Sequence record: MT446387.1
DNA: 64,000 bases
From: Escherichia phage TH09
Strand: one strand, 5' to 3'
The first letter of the stretch is position 1. The number at the start of each line of letters is the position of its first letter. Below are positions 20,611 through 39,034 of this stretch, piece after piece. The notes beneath the pieces were generated by a model. The model ran no database searches. It worked only from the letters and a program-made list of their open reading frames with translations, and was not told where the DNA came from. A program made the position numbers and the translations under genes.

Positions 20611-22176
20611 TTAGATACCTTTAACATATACACGGCGGAAGTAAGCGTTTTTACCAAGGCTATTCAGAATAGAAGGCATACCGCTCTGGATGCGAGAAGC
20701 CGGAGCCTGAGCAGCGGATTCTGCAAATGGGTTGATACCGATACCGTAACGAGTTTTGAATCCCATTACTGGTTGGAAGTTCTTCGGATCGGAACCACGC
20801 AGCGGAGTTAGAGCTACATATGGAGCGTAGTAAATACCAGCATCCATTTCGTTCGGACCTTTATAACCTACAGTGAAATAATCCTGTTTAGCATACTGGT
20901 CGATATATACACGGTATTTACCACCCAGAACACCAGCAAATACTGACTTGGTAGTATCAGTGTTAAAGCCGGTAGCCAGACCTTGCGCAGCATAAGAAAT
21001 GCCAGTATCAACTGAAGCCAGAACGTTAACTACGTTACGGGAAGCGATAATGAAGTTACCTTCACCACGACCGGTCTGACGAGCAATTTCAACTGCTTCT
21101 TTGTCAATCTGGAACAACAGAGCTTTAAAGGATTCACCCGCCCAGCGAGCACCACGAATATCGATTGGGTCCTGGAAGTCAAATACACCAGCTTTAGAAC
21201 CCGGAGTCAGGGTCATACCAGATTTACCAACCTGAGCTGAGTAGTTAATCCAATCAACAACTTCACGGTTGATTTCCAGCATAATTTCTGTAGCCAGAAT
21301 GCCAGACAGTTCAGCATCAGCATCCATACCGTGAACAGCACGGAGGTCTTGTGCTAATTCGATAGAGTAAGCAGCTTTCAGCTGACGAGATTTAGCTTCG
21401 ATAACTTGTTTATCGATACGGAAGCCCATTTCATTCCATGGGTTATCGGTAGAACCATTGAAACCTTCCTGGAGTTCAGCGATAGAAGTAGCCATACCTT
21501 CAGCGATTTCTACCAGTGCACCAGCTTCCATTTGTTTCTTAATTTCAGCATCTAATTTAGCAGCATCAGTCGCGCCAGCATCGATTGTTACTTGAACAGA
21601 AGCTTGCAGATATACAGTACCAGTTTCCTGGAAGAAGTGAGTATAGATATCACCTACTGTAGTTTGTGTGCTAGCAGCCAGAGCTGGGAATTTCTTAGCA
21701 GCACCCTGACCAGAGAACATTGCATCTGGACCATACATTGGGTGGAATGCTTCTTTAGCATCGGAAGCGATTGGGTCTTTACCGTATACTGCGCGCAGTG
21801 CGAATACCTGGCCAGTCGGGCTGTTCATCGGCTGAACACCACAAATATCGAAAGCAATCAGGTTAGGAATAGCACGACGTACCATACCCATAACAGCTGG
21901 GCCAATCTGAGTTACCGCGCCAGAAGTCTGACCTGCAGCAATGTTAGTAGCATTATAACCGTGGTCACCACCGATTTCAGCTTCTGTTAAGAAAGAACCG
22001 AATGCCTGAGCAATTTTTTCGTCTTTATATTCCGGAGCTGTCTGGAAATCTTTTTCCTGGTTTTCAAAGATTTTAGCGATAATCGCTTGTTTGCTATTAG
22101 CAATTTCCGGTAAACCTTCACCTTCCAGTAATGGCTTCCATTTGTTCAAAAGTTCAGCTTTAGTTTTGATAGTCAT
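20611..22176 (-). CDS. 23: major capsid protein gp23
   Basis: 521-aa ORF matching recalled T4 gp23 (MTIKTKAELLNKWKPLLEGEGLPEIANSKQAIIAKIFENQ...). Confidence 0.95.
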   Translation of the reverse strand: MTIKTKAELLNKWKPLLEGEGLPEIANSKQAIIAKIFENQEKDFQTAPEYKDEKIAQAFGSFLTEAEIGGDHGYNATNIAAGQTSGAVTQIGPAVMGMVRRAIPNLIAFDICGVQPMNSPTGQVFALRAVYGKDPIASDAKEAFHPMYGPDAMFSGQGAAKKFPALAASTQTTVGDIYTHFFQETGTVYLQASVQVTIDAGATDAAKLDAEIKKQMEAGALVEIAEGMATSIAELQEGFNGSTDNPWNEMGFRIDKQVIEAKSRQLKAAYSIELAQDLRAVHGMDADAELSGILATEIMLEINREVVDWINYSAQVGKSGMTLTPGSKAGVFDFQDPIDIRGARWAGESFKALLFQIDKEAVEIARQTGRGEGNFIIASRNVVNVLASVDTGISYAAQGLATGFNTDTTKSVFAGVLGGKYRVYIDQYAKQDYFTVGYKGPNEMDAGIYYAPYVALTPLRGSDPKNFQPVMGFKTRYGIGINPFAESAAQAPASRIQSGMPSILNSLGKNAYFRRVYVKGI

Positions 22177-22194
22177 TTGTGTTAACCTTTAAAA

Positions 22195-23004
22195 TTAGAA
22201 ACGAGATGCGACTTTCGCATATACACTTACAATATCTTCTGCACCTTGTGCAGATTTATCTTCTACAGCTTCAGTGACGAAATTCAGTCCGGCTGCTTCA
22301 GTATCAGGAGTATTTATACTCTCAGTAATAGTGCTTTCATCTTTATTAGATTTCTTCACCATTTCTACGATTGCACTCAATTTACTTGAGAATGCATCTG
22401 AATAATCCATACCTTCGACCAGAGCAGAGACTTTTTCTTTTTGAGACTCAGTCAGATCTTTAGTACTTTCGCTCAATGCCACTTCACGCTGCACATAATT
22501 GATATATGCGTCACGCTTATTGAGTTCTTCGAACAGACGAGCTGATTCTTCTTTATGTTCTTGCAGTTCTTCTTCCATTTCAGCTACAACATCAACTGAT
22601 TCTTCTGGAACAACAACGTTGTGTTCAACGAAGAGCTCTTTCAATCCACCAAGCATGGATTCAAACAGTTCGGCTTTGATGCCTTTATCTACTGCTAATT
22701 TATTTTCAGTGAGCCATTCTTTTGCAAGATGGTCAAGGAATTTAGAAGCTTGCTCAGCGATTTTCTTCTCAGCTTTTTCTTCTGCTTCTTCTTTATTTTT
22801 TTCTACTTCTTCTTCTGCTTTTTCAGCAATTTTAGCGATATGAGATTCAGCTAATTTAACGGCGTGCTGCTTGACGGTAGCTTCGAATACAGTGCCGAAA
22901 GTTTCTTTTGCTTCCGGAGAAATATTAACTGATTCGAAAATACTATCAAGAGCAACGGAAGCATCAATTTTCTGCGCTTCGGCAATCAGTTGTTCTTTAA
23001 GCAT
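22195..23004 (-). CDS. 22: prohead core scaffold protein gp22
   Basis: 269-aa acidic coiled-coil ORF, T4 gp22 length; late promoter upstream. Confidence 0.9.
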   Translation of the reverse strand: MLKEQLIAEAQKIDASVALDSIFESVNISPEAKETFGTVFEATVKQHAVKLAESHIAKIAEKAEEEVEKNKEEAEEKAEKKIAEQASKFLDHLAKEWLTENKLAVDKGIKAELFESMLGGLKELFVEHNVVVPEESVDVVAEMEEELQEHKEESARLFEELNKRDAYINYVQREVALSESTKDLTESQKEKVSALVEGMDYSDAFSSKLSAIVEMVKKSNKDESTITESINTPDTEAAGLNFVTEAVEDKSAQGAEDIVSVYAKVASRF

Positions 23005-23031
23005 TTTGTAGTCCTGTTGTTTAGATAATAA

Positions 23032-23039
23032 TATTTATA
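23032..23039 (-). promoter_or_regulatory. late promoter TATAAATA (gene 22)
   Basis: TATTTATA on the plus strand, 28 nt upstream of the gene 22 start. Confidence 0.7.
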
Positions 23040-23673
23040 ACGCTTTTTTCATGGCCTCTGCGAGAGCCATATAGGCGTCATCGGCACTTGTATCGGCTTC
23101 CGCCGTCTGTGATTCGGTAATTTCCTTAGGAGTTACCCATGCATCTGGAGCACTTGGACCCCATACTGCATCAACACCTACAGTTAATTTGAATCCTTCG
23201 TTTACGATACGATAACCTTTATTTGTGTCAGTCAATGAACCTAATCCACGAGAAGAAACTCCTGGAATCCATCCGGCACGAATATTAGCTGCTAATTTAT
23301 CTCCAGGACCATGGTCACCTTCAATAACACGAGCTCGTCCGTATACGTCATTTCCTTTCCACCACATATCTTCTATAATGATAGCGGCTTGCATCGGGTC
23401 AACATTAGCGCGTGGAGGATGATTTAATTCTCCGAGAGCTTGTTTAGTTAAAACTTGCTCATTAATATAGTCTTTTACCGCTTTTTCTAATATACGTTTT
23501 GGATAAAGACGTTTATTTCTATTGACGACTTCCGCTTGCATGAATATTCCTTCGATGTATAAACCAGGTTTTAAACCTAAGTCTTTTCCATCATGAGATT
23601 CAAGCATTGGTACGCCATCAATAATTTCGCCAGGTTGACCCCAAGTTTCAATTAGTAATTGGGGTTCATTCAT
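23035..23673 (-). CDS. 21: prohead core protease gp21
   Basis: 212-aa ORF, T4 gp21 length and position. Confidence 0.9.
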   Translation of the reverse strand: MNEPQLLIETWGQPGEIIDGVPMLESHDGKDLGLKPGLYIEGIFMQAEVVNRNKRLYPKRILEKAVKDYINEQVLTKQALGELNHPPRANVDPMQAAIIIEDMWWKGNDVYGRARVIEGDHGPGDKLAANIRAGWIPGVSSRGLGSLTDTNKGYRIVNEGFKLTVGVDAVWGPSAPDAWVTPKEITESQTAEADTSADDAYMALAEAMKKAL

Positions 23674-24098
23674 TAGCTTAATCCTAATGCTTTACGGCGT
23701 TTAAGAGCTTTTTTACGCTTACGCTGAGCACGAGATTGACCTGCTGGATTGGCAATCTTCGTTTTGGTAGCTTTACGAGCAATTTGTCTACGTTTTGCTT
23801 TAGACAACCCGGTAGTTTGAAATGCATTACGTTCGCGGGTTTTGCGATCTTTAGTGCGAGTAATTTCACCACGGGCAGAAACATGTTTAACGATAAATTC
23901 ATTTAACGGCATATTTTCATTAATAGAAGCTAATGCAACCGCTAAATCAGTTTCATCATCAAGCATATTCTCGACAATTGTATTTATATCGTCTTTATTT
24001 AAAGCAGAAGACAATTCGTCAAAGCGACCCTGTGCTTCAGGAATAAGTGCTTCGACATTCTCGAGAACTAATTCATGAGTTTCAGGGATCAGAAGCAT
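23673..24098 (-). CDS. 68: prohead core protein gp68
   Basis: 141-aa ORF, T4 gp68 length and position. Confidence 0.8.
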
Positions 24099-24336
24099 TA
24101 TTCATCATCCTCGTCTTCGTCAGAGTCTTTGTCTTTTTTGTCGTCTTTATCATCACTATCTTCGTCTTCGTCATCATCCTCGTCATCAGGTTCTTCACCT
24201 TCGATTAAGAAATTACGAGCGATAGCGATTTTTTCTTCTTTAATTAAATCAGTCGTTCTTGCAGCCATGGCTTCAACAAATAATTTACGAGCGGCTACGA
24301 GGTCGTTTGATTTAATAGCTTCAATTAAACCTTCCA

Positions 24337-24337
<1 letters not shown>
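24098..24337 (-). CDS. 67: prohead core protein gp67 (highly acidic)
   Basis: 79-aa ORF with poly-Asp/Glu tail, T4 gp67 position. Confidence 0.8.
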
Positions 24338-25962
<1,625 letters not shown>

Positions 25963-25994
25963 TTAAGCAGGATGGGGATTTCTCCCCATTCATT

Positions 25995-26486
25995 TTATTC
26001 CCAATAATCGAGAGCAAGAGTTACTTCAAAGGTTTGGATTTCATTGTTTGAATCCCAATCTAATTGAAGTTCACCCACGTTAGTAGGCCACAGACCTTTA
26101 ATTTCAATTTCTTTTGTTACTGTTTTAGCGTCACGAGCATATTGACGAACGATAGCGCTCTTTTTATACTCTGCAGGTTTTCCACCAGTAATTTCGTTTC
26201 CTTGCCCCGCAGCAATGCTTTGCCAATCAACGAACTTCTGGCGAGCATCATGAGCTTCATCGTTCATTACTGTAACAGTCCAGTCATCGAATGTACGATC
26301 GCCTGCTACGTTAATTTTACGGTTCATAAATCCGACTGGAATTTTTTCTACAATACCAGCTGGTAAAGCAGTGGCTTTACATTGAAACGTAAAATTTTGT
26401 CCAAGATAAGAAATTTCTACTTGGAATAAGTTAGGTCGAGCAAAATCACCAGATTCAAACGCTCGTGTTACATCATCTACAAACAT
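25995..26486 (-). CDS. 19: tail tube protein gp19
   Basis: 163-aa ORF, T4 gp19 length; late promoter upstream. Confidence 0.9.
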   Translation of the reverse strand: MFVDDVTRAFESGDFARPNLFQVEISYLGQNFTFQCKATALPAGIVEKIPVGFMNRKINVAGDRTFDDWTVTVMNDEAHDARQKFVDWQSIAAGQGNEITGGKPAEYKKSAIVRQYARDAKTVTKEIEIKGLWPTNVGELQLDWDSNNEIQTFEVTLALDYWE

Positions 26487-26500
26487 ATTAGCCTCTGTAG

Positions 26501-26508
26501 TATTTATA
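26501..26508 (-). promoter_or_regulatory. late promoter TATAAATA (gene 19)
   Basis: TATTTATA on the plus strand, 15 nt upstream of the gene 19 start. Confidence 0.6.
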
Positions 26509-26602
26509 TCCCTATGTTTAACCTAGGGCATATAGAATTAAAGAATTAAGGATATAGTGTATTTATATGGCCTGCCGAAACAGGCCTTTAGAATGCACCG
26601 TA

Positions 26603-28582
26603 TTAACCTGCAAGACCAGTTAACTCATCGAAATCTGCACCAGTAGCAGTTGCGACGAAATTCAAAGTAATATAATTTATACTGCGCGCCGGTTGAATGT
26701 AGAATGTTGCAACAAACTCATTTCTATCAATTACTGACGGAGTGTTATTTGTTGTATCGCAAACTACACGATATTCATAAATTCCACCGAGAGCTTTAAT
26801 TCCCTGTAAGTACTGGGAAGTTTCTGTGCGGAACGATGAACGAGTAAACGCGTTGTTTAATTCGAACAAACGATATTTTGAACTACGTCCGATATTCGTT
26901 TTTAACATATTAAACAGACGACGAACGTTAATACGATCAAATGGAGAAGGAACAGAAGTAGCTGTTTTATCACCATACAATACGTAACCATCACCACCTG
27001 TACCAGTTACTGGGTTGATAGCTTCTTGGTATAAACGGTCGCGCTGCGCCTGGCGAGTTTCAATAGCAAGTTTAATAACGTTAAGAATCTGACCACGATT
27101 ATAACCAGCTGGAGACATCCAAGTCTGAGAAACGTTATCTGTTCTCGCGCATAAACCAGCAATATCAGCTGCTAATGGAACCCAACGATTCACATCATTA
27201 TATTTGTCATACTGATACTTGTAGTTACCATCGATTGCTGCATAGGTTGAACTGATATTAAAGTTGTTATCAGTGTATGAACCTGCCGCAGTTCTCCAGT
27301 TAACTAAATTATCTACTGCGCGAGTTACAGGAATTCCAACTACAGTTTCACGTGGTGGTGAGCACAATACTAAGCAATCTTGACGAGCATCCCCAATTGA
27401 AACGACGTGTTTTTGGACAGTAGATGCTGTTTCTAAAGATTCACCGGCACAAGAACCCGCAATAAACAGTTGAACATCTACAGATTCACGGTCAGCAAAG
27501 AAGTCCCAAGCTTCCATCAAATCTCCTGCTGTTACTTCAGCATTTGATGATAATCCACCAGAAAGAGTTAAAATTCCAGAGAAGCCTTCTGGCCAGTTTT
27601 GTGCAGTTGCAAAAATATATTCTGAACCACCTTTTGCGAAAAAGTCATCGATATAGATGTTACTATCGTAAATATCTTTTTCACCACGCTTCGTTGAAAG
27701 AACAACGCTTTGAACAATAGCATCATTGCGACGAACTATAATAGCGTATTGTGAATCAGTTTGTGGTCCATATCCAAACACTGCTTTGGCAGTAGATGCG
27801 CGTGTTCCGCCACCTGGATAAATTGGGAGTAATGCAGAAGCACCTTTTGCGTAGTCAGCTTTAGATACGATTTCAATTTCGATTTTATCGCCCAACTCGC
27901 CTGGATAAAGAGCTACTACTCCTGGAATTCCATATTTTTCGAGATTTGCTTGAAAGTCAACAGCTGTCATAGCAGCTTCGGCATTTTCAATTTCAGCTAA
28001 TAAAATACCAGAATCAGTAATAATTTTTCCAAGAGTTATTACTGCAGCTAAACCAGAGGAAGACGAAGAAATTTCCGCAGTCCAGTTAGAACCTAATGCT
28101 GGGTATTCACCGACTTCTTTCGCTTTAGCGATAATTTTTGCGGTAGGAATATTAATTTTCTTAATTTTTCCATCAGCATCTACTTCAGTAATTTTACCTT
28201 CTGTTTCAACATCTTCTGAAACATACTTAACAGTGATTTTATCTCCAACCGCGTAGTTACTACCTGGGGTAGAAATAGTGTATTCAATATTACCGGCAAT
28301 CGGAGATGAGTTTTTAGCGGTATCTCTATCGACAGCACGCACAACTCGCAAATCATTTCCGTATTGTAAGAAATTCATTGCAGACATAAAATAGTCAGCA
28401 GTTTCAGCTGTAGGTTGACCAAAAGTATTAACTAAATCTACTTCATTTGTAACCTGTTTAATTTGAAAAGCAGGACCCCACTGGAATTTACCGGCCAAAG
28501 CTGCTGTACCAGTAGAGTTATTAACCACGGTGCTTTGAACCGTAGTTTCTTTGAGCTCAATGCCCGGAGATAATAAAGTCAT
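26603..28582 (-). CDS. 18: tail sheath protein gp18
   Basis: 659-aa ORF, T4 gp18 length; late promoter upstream. Confidence 0.95.
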   Translation of the reverse strand: MTLLSPGIELKETTVQSTVVNNSTGTAALAGKFQWGPAFQIKQVTNEVDLVNTFGQPTAETADYFMSAMNFLQYGNDLRVVRAVDRDTAKNSSPIAGNIEYTISTPGSNYAVGDKITVKYVSEDVETEGKITEVDADGKIKKINIPTAKIIAKAKEVGEYPALGSNWTAEISSSSSGLAAVITLGKIITDSGILLAEIENAEAAMTAVDFQANLEKYGIPGVVALYPGELGDKIEIEIVSKADYAKGASALLPIYPGGGTRASTAKAVFGYGPQTDSQYAIIVRRNDAIVQSVVLSTKRGEKDIYDSNIYIDDFFAKGGSEYIFATAQNWPEGFSGILTLSGGLSSNAEVTAGDLMEAWDFFADRESVDVQLFIAGSCAGESLETASTVQKHVVSIGDARQDCLVLCSPPRETVVGIPVTRAVDNLVNWRTAAGSYTDNNFNISSTYAAIDGNYKYQYDKYNDVNRWVPLAADIAGLCARTDNVSQTWMSPAGYNRGQILNVIKLAIETRQAQRDRLYQEAINPVTGTGGDGYVLYGDKTATSVPSPFDRINVRRLFNMLKTNIGRSSKYRLFELNNAFTRSSFRTETSQYLQGIKALGGIYEYRVVCDTTNNTPSVIDRNEFVATFYIQPARSINYITLNFVATATGADFDELTGLAG

Positions 28583-28610
28583 TTTTAATCCTCTTTAATA
28601 TGCTTTAATA

Positions 28611-31751
<3,141 letters not shown>

Positions 31752-31792
31752 GATTTCTCCTAATCTGGGCTTTAATTAGTTTATAATATTTA

Positions 31793-33494
<1,702 letters not shown>

Positions 33495-33526
33495 TTAAAA
33501 ATCCTTTGGGGCCTTGCGGCCCCATG

Positions 33527-34990
33527 TTATGCTGGTGATAAAAAGGTAGAAAGTAATACCCATTCGCCGTCTTTACGAACGTAAGCTTGACCATCTTTTG
33601 GAGCTTCAGGAATATAACCTGCTTCTTGTAGAGCTTGAACATCGCCTTGCAGAGAAGATATACTACCTTTGGCTGTATTCACTTCTTGTGTAACTGATGC
33701 AATGTTGGTTTCGTTAGCTTTTATTGAATTGGTTAATCCACGTTCTTCGACAGTTGAACCGTTTGGATTAGTTCCATTTACTAAAGTATTTAATGCTACA
33801 ACTTGCCCTTTAATTCCTGTGCTGTTATTACCAATCTCTACTTGTAGGTTTTGAACATCGTTGTTCAAGCTTGAAACAGAAGTTTCAATTGTAGAAACTC
33901 GGTTTAAAAGAGACCCAGGAGGAGAAGGTTGTCCACCGCTAGAATCAGTTCCAACAATTTGGTTTAACCACGAAACATTCGCTCTTAAACCAGATGAAGT
34001 GTTTTCACCGACGATTCCATTTAAAGATTCGATTGAAGTTGTATTATCTTTGATTTGGCCTTTAATACTCGAAGGAATATCATCTGAACCAATAGAAGTT
34101 TCAATAACGGTTAAACGCTGTTTAATACCTCCACTTTGATTTAGCTCTAAATTAATAGATGCAATACTATCAGTGTTTGTATTAACACTCGTAATAATCG
34201 AATTATTTCCTGGATATCCTATTGAGGTCTTAATAGCACTAATGTCAGACTCAACTGTTGTCTGTTTAGTGTCAATTTCATTTAAGCGGCTGTAAACGTT
34301 TTGTGAAAATGACGGTGGTTTAGGTCCAAGCTCTTCACGGAGATTACCAACTTCAATAGTTAAAGAACCTACATCAGATTCAATAAATTTTGTTTCTAAT
34401 TCGCTTAAACGTATTCCCTGTGAAGTGATGACATCAGTATTATTAATAATGCGATGCTTCATTCCTGTGCTAGGATTTCCTACAACAGGAAGACCATTAA
34501 TATCTTGGCCTGTGTATTGTCCAAGTTCACGCTTTATCCACAGTAAATCATTTCTGATCGTTCTGTATACAGAGTTGGCCTCGGAGTTAAATGGACCAAT
34601 ATCAGCAAGAATGCTGTCAACCGTACTATTAGTCCCATTTAATATTTCTGTATGTTCACTGGTTAGCGTTTTAAGGTCAGAAATATCCTTTTTATTGATA
34701 CTTATTTGGGCCAAAGCTTCAATATCACCAGATACATCTAAGATGCCCTGAATTGTTTTAATATCACTATTTGCGGTTTCTAAAGATGTTTTAAGTATTC
34801 CGATGTTTTTATCAAGAACTTCAACATTTCTTAGTACAGAAACTGTAGGTCTATTCATTGAGCCTTCACTTCCATATTGTGTGTCAGCTCCTAATATTTC
34901 TTCGCCGTTTTTAATCCAGGAAATGCGGCTCTGGCCCTCTGCAGGAGGGCCGTCAACGAATGGTAAGTCATTCAGTACAATATCTGTCAT
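33527..34990 (-). CDS. wac: fibritin (whisker / collar fibre)
   Basis: 487-aa ORF with repetitive coiled-coil segments and foldon-like C-terminus ([27 protein letters not shown]). Confidence 0.9.
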   Translation of the reverse strand: MTDIVLNDLPFVDGPPAEGQSRISWIKNGEEILGADTQYGSEGSMNRPTVSVLRNVEVLDKNIGILKTSLETANSDIKTIQGILDVSGDIEALAQISINKKDISDLKTLTSEHTEILNGTNSTVDSILADIGPFNSEANSVYRTIRNDLLWIKRELGQYTGQDINGLPVVGNPSTGMKHRIINNTDVITSQGIRLSELETKFIESDVGSLTIEVGNLREELGPKPPSFSQNVYSRLNEIDTKQTTVESDISAIKTSIGYPGNNSIITSVNTNTDSIASINLELNQSGGIKQRLTVIETSIGSDDIPSSIKGQIKDNTTSIESLNGIVGENTSSGLRANVSWLNQIVGTDSSGGQPSPPGSLLNRVSTIETSVSSLNNDVQNLQVEIGNNSTGIKGQVVALNTLVNGTNPNGSTVEERGLTNSIKANETNIASVTQEVNTAKGSISSLQGDVQALQEAGYIPEAPKDGQAYVRKDGEWVLLSTFLSPA

Positions 34991-36570
34991 TCTTTTACCT
35001 TAATTATGTAGTTTAAAGAAATGTTCCATGGACGTGTTTCATTTCCAATTAATTCAGGACGATTTAGTGTATATTTGGAATTTCGTTGTGATGCTGGGTC
35101 AATTTCATATCCGTCATTGGTGAAATATGAACGGTTATCCCAGTCAAGTCCTTTACGTGTACCAACAAAATTTGATCTACGGGTATTACCGAATGCTCCA
35201 GAATCATCATGCTCACCGAATCCGCCAGCGTGTTTATGATAAGACATCTGCTGTTTTTGCACTTCGCCAACATATCCACCAGTACAACCTACACCTAATC
35301 TAGGCTTACCAAATTGGTCATTACCATTAACATTTGGATTTGTTAAGTGAGAGCCACGACCAGAGCCACGAACAAAAAGACCACGCATATCAGGTAATCC
35401 AGGATTTGATGAGCTTCCGCCGTATCTTGTTCCAATTCTAGAAGCATATAATGGACAATCTGATGCTGAAACAGTTCCGCCATGACAGAAGCGCCAAGCA
35501 TCACTAGGAAGGCTATCAGCCGCCCACATCATAATAGCTCCGACAGGAATAGTTCTATCTATTTCATTCTGCGTTACAACACGCTTACCCTGAATATAAC
35601 CACCGGTCATGTTAACTGTTCCGGTAATATTTGCTCCGCCTGAAGCTATTGTGAGCGTATTATTAATGCGAAGTGTTCCATTAATCGTTTGACCACCTCT
35701 TTGATGGATAACGTCAGCATTCCAAGCTAGTGCTGATGAAGCATCACCTCCACTCTGTGAGCCGGCGGTTGTAGTTAATTTAACTACGCCTCTCATTGAC
35801 GTTGTAGAACCACGACCATTAAGAGTTGCGCCAGTAACCGCAACAGAAGCATTATTCGAGTTAACTTCTGATTGTGTTCCTAATTTAATTACGCCTTTAT
35901 ATTCTTCAGTAGCAGTAGAATTCATTAGCGTATAAGGAGAAATTGCATAGCCTTCTCTTAAGGTTCCTTGACGAACTTGAGCTACTGTCGCTAATTGAAC
36001 AACACCTTGGTCCGATTCGGTAGCTGTGGTTTCAGAAGGAGCGATTTGCGCAATTAGTTTAATAGCTAACTGCTGCGTTTTTAACGGAGTCATCGCAGTA
36101 GTATCATCTGCGCCAGCTAATGCTTGCGGTAGAGATGAAATTTTAATAACTCCATTTGATGATTCAGTTGAAACTCGTGTTTCAAATGCATTATTAAGGG
36201 CAACAGTAAATTTAGCAGGAGTTATAGAAGATTCATTATTAACTCCAGCAATCGCTTCATCATCTGTTGAATATCTTGTTAATCCGTAAACAGTTTCAGT
36301 TGCGTTTGGATAAGATAATCTTGTTGCCAACGTTGCGGGTGTAACTGCTTTGGTATTATCAGTTCCGTCGATAACTTCCTGTTCAGTGGCAAGAAATAAA
36401 ATTCCTTTTGTTGTTGATGATGCATCAGGAACTCCATTTACACCAGCAGGAGAAATGGCTGCTATAGCAGCCTGAACATCAGTAATCTCTGCCGGAAAAT
36501 TTGTACCAGTTGGATCAAATTTTACATAGCGAGATTCATTAGAAACGTGTTGATATGTATTATTACTCAT
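34987..36570 (-). CDS. 12: short tail fibre gp12
   Basis: 527-aa ORF, T4 gp12 length and position. Confidence 0.9.
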   Translation of the reverse strand: MSNNTYQHVSNESRYVKFDPTGTNFPAEITDVQAAIAAISPAGVNGVPDASSTTKGILFLATEQEVIDGTDNTKAVTPATLATRLSYPNATETVYGLTRYSTDDEAIAGVNNESSITPAKFTVALNNAFETRVSTESSNGVIKISSLPQALAGADDTTAMTPLKTQQLAIKLIAQIAPSETTATESDQGVVQLATVAQVRQGTLREGYAISPYTLMNSTATEEYKGVIKLGTQSEVNSNNASVAVTGATLNGRGSTTSMRGVVKLTTTAGSQSGGDASSALAWNADVIHQRGGQTINGTLRINNTLTIASGGANITGTVNMTGGYIQGKRVVTQNEIDRTIPVGAIMMWAADSLPSDAWRFCHGGTVSASDCPLYASRIGTRYGGSSSNPGLPDMRGLFVRGSGRGSHLTNPNVNGNDQFGKPRLGVGCTGGYVGEVQKQQMSYHKHAGGFGEHDDSGAFGNTRRSNFVGTRKGLDWDNRSYFTNDGYEIDPASQRNSKYTLNRPELIGNETRPWNISLNYIIKVKE

Positions 36571-37226
36571 GCTGTTCTCTCAAAATGATAAAGTACTATT
36601 GGAGTTTGCTGATTATCTAAAGTTACAGTTTGTGCACCAAGCAAATTCCATGTGCCATATCCAGGCTTAGATTCTGAAATAATTTCTTGGGAAATAGTTA
36701 TTCCATATGTGGAATATGTGCTTAATACATGTTTCTGATTATCTAAATAAGTAACTTCTAATTTACTACCATCGGTTGGATGGTCTTTATATGAATTGAT
36801 AGCAGTAAATGACGCAATAGCTTCTTGCAGCGCAACACGAACTTTGGCGACAAACTCAATAGCTGTCATTCCGGTTGTTGCTGAAACTGGAAGACCGAAT
36901 ACTAATACAGTAACAGGAGAACCAGGAGGAAGCGAATCATCTGTTACAGTTCCCGAAAACGCCCAATAATCAGTTTGAGAAACACCCTCAGGAGAAACAC
37001 CAGTTTTATTAGTAATAATTGTACCAACGTCTTTTATAGAAAAATTATGAACATCATTAATAGCTGATTCTACGTTTGGTTCATAAAATCCTTTCGCTAG
37101 TTGAGAAATTGTCACTGACCCAACTGATTGACGATTCATTACATCGATGTCGCCAGTTTTAGGTCTAAAACCAAGAAAATCGGCTAAGCGGGAAATAACT
37201 CCCGCTTTATTATTAAGTAAACTCAT
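36567..37226 (-). CDS. 11: baseplate wedge protein gp11
   Basis: Track ORF is 225 aa; internal start [14 protein letters not shown] gives 219 aa matching recalled T4 gp11 and overlaps the gene 10 stop. Confidence 0.85.
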   Translation of the reverse strand: MSLLNNKAGVISRLADFLGFRPKTGDIDVMNRQSVGSVTISQLAKGFYEPNVESAINDVHNFSIKDVGTIITNKTGVSPEGVSQTDYWAFSGTVTDDSLPPGSPVTVLVFGLPVSATTGMTAIEFVAKVRVALQEAIASFTAINSYKDHPTDGSKLEVTYLDNQKHVLSTYSTYGITISQEIISESKPGYGTWNLLGAQTVTLDNQQTPIVLYHFERTA

Positions 37227-39034
37227 TATGCAATCCTTATCCAACGATAAACTGTAATATATGGTTGAATGTTAGTTATTGATGTTGGCGGAGTGTGAGT
37301 AGAGTTAGTAGATGCTTTAGCTTCACGGTATTTCGTGTAAACTGGACCAGATTCATCTGGATCGTATTGACATCCACCAACAATGACTGATCCATTTTCA
37401 TCAACTATTAGAACTTCTTCATCTGTTTCAGTTGCAGGAAGATTAGCATTTTCCAATGTAACAGAAGTAGAACCACCTGTTCCGCCCGCAGTATGTGAAG
37501 GATTTCCACCCGAATCTAAATCGTTGTTATTTAGAGCAAAGTTAGGGTCCGAAATATCTTCATTCCATCCAACTAAAACTTTTCCTTGCCCAAATAATTT
37601 CCATGAGCCGAATCCCATATATGTAACAGGGTTATTTGGATTAACAGCGTTTTCATATATAGTTCCAATAGGATAAATCGTATCAAAGATATTTGAAACA
37701 GCATTAAATTCACGTTGATAAGATTGAACTGCTTCTACATTTGGCCAACCAATTTTATCGAAGTCTGTTAAATTTACATCACCGGAAATATCTACTCCTG
37801 GTCCTTGCGATACATAGAGATTATCAGTTTCATCAATAATCTCGTCTTTTGTTAATAATGTACCTAAATCATTATTAAACCAGGTGATATTGATAATGTC
37901 GCCATGCTCAAATACTCTATCGAAATGTAAAATTTCCGGTATGCCGTTTTCATCAGTTTCAACTGAATAGTCGGTATGAGACTGTTCCCAAGTTCCACCT
38001 AAAACAGAGCATTCTACTTCATCGTCTGAATCGGCACCGACACAATGAAATAATGGCATTCCAACTGTTCCAGCCAATTCTTGTAAAATTCCATTAAAAC
38101 GGACCTCAAGAGAATTAGGATTAATAGGTTCACCTGGAATTAATCCAAAAGCTGAAAACGGAATTGATTTCATTGTTGATAAATCAGTAACGTAAATGCT
38201 TCCTTCTAAAGAAGTCTTTGACGTTAATTTTGAATCTAACAGTCTAATTTGGCGTCTTGTATATGAACTTCTCCATTGTGATACGCCATCCATAAATGTT
38301 TCAATTTGAACAGTATCACCAATATTACAAGGCTGTCTTAATCGAATATTAAATCCATCAAGAGGAACTAATTCACCTTCGCTTTCGCCCGGAGAGCCAA
38401 AATCGCTGTTTTCACTAAATACATCGCCGTAATACAATTCGTTACCACGATGTTTTACTCTGATGTTATTTACATTATAACTAGTTCCACGGAAAACATC
38501 TAAAAAGTCTGTTTGTCCTTGGACTTCGACTAAAAATTCTTTACGAGCTACATTACTAATGTCTGAACTGGTAATTTTGTCAATTTGCTTATTTTTGACA
38601 TATTCCCAACGTCCTGGGGCGCAATACACTAATTCTAAATCGCTGAATTGAACATTAATTTCAACTGGTACTGCAGACCCTTTAATTGTATCGCCGGAAG
38701 CAGCTACTAATGTAACTGGGTTGACGTTCCATGTAGCAAATACGTCTCTAGCTCTAATTACCTTGTTGTAATCATTGACAGTTCCTTTTGGAAGATTTAT
38801 AGTCACTCTTCCAGAAGAGGTATTAATAGCGTATGATTTTCCCCATTCGGCTTTTAGTGTTTGACCAGATGAAGCATCATAAGTTTTCCAGGCACCGGCT
38901 GAATATGGAACATCTCCATCACCGAGCTCATAATAAAGCTCATCAAAGTTTTCATTTATTTTTATACCACCTTTACGCAGGTAGTCACCGGTACCATCAT
39001 CAACAACATTACCGATATTAATATTTTGTTTCAT
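37226..39034 (-). CDS. 10: baseplate wedge protein gp10
   Basis: 602-aa ORF, T4 gp10 length and position. Confidence 0.9.
   Translation of the reverse strand: MKQNINIGNVVDDGTGDYLRKGGIKINENFDELYYELGDGDVPYSAGAWKTYDASSGQTLKAEWGKSYAINTSSGRVTINLPKGTVNDYNKVIRARDVFATWNVNPVTLVAASGDTIKGSAVPVEINVQFSDLELVYCAPGRWEYVKNKQIDKITSSDISNVARKEFLVEVQGQTDFLDVFRGTSYNVNNIRVKHRGNELYYGDVFSENSDFGSPGESEGELVPLDGFNIRLRQPCNIGDTVQIETFMDGVSQWRSSYTRRQIRLLDSKLTSKTSLEGSIYVTDLSTMKSIPFSAFGLIPGEPINPNSLEVRFNGILQELAGTVGMPLFHCVGADSDDEVECSVLGGTWEQSHTDYSVETDENGIPEILHFDRVFEHGDIINITWFNNDLGTLLTKDEIIDETDNLYVSQGPGVDISGDVNLTDFDKIGWPNVEAVQSYQREFNAVSNIFDTIYPIGTIYENAVNPNNPVTYMGFGSWKLFGQGKVLVGWNEDISDPNFALNNNDLDSGGNPSHTAGGTGGSTSVTLENANLPATETDEEVLIVDENGSVIVGGCQYDPDESGPVYTKYREAKASTNSTHTPPTSITNIQPYITVYRWIRIA

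Noticed and set aside
22499-22843. 114-aa Ser-rich ORF antisense to gene 22
   Set aside because: Low-complexity mirror image of the Glu/Lys-rich gp22 coding strand.
33669-36289. Several short plus-strand ORFs antisense to wac and gene 12
   Set aside because: Lie within long conserved minus-strand structural genes; no expression signals.
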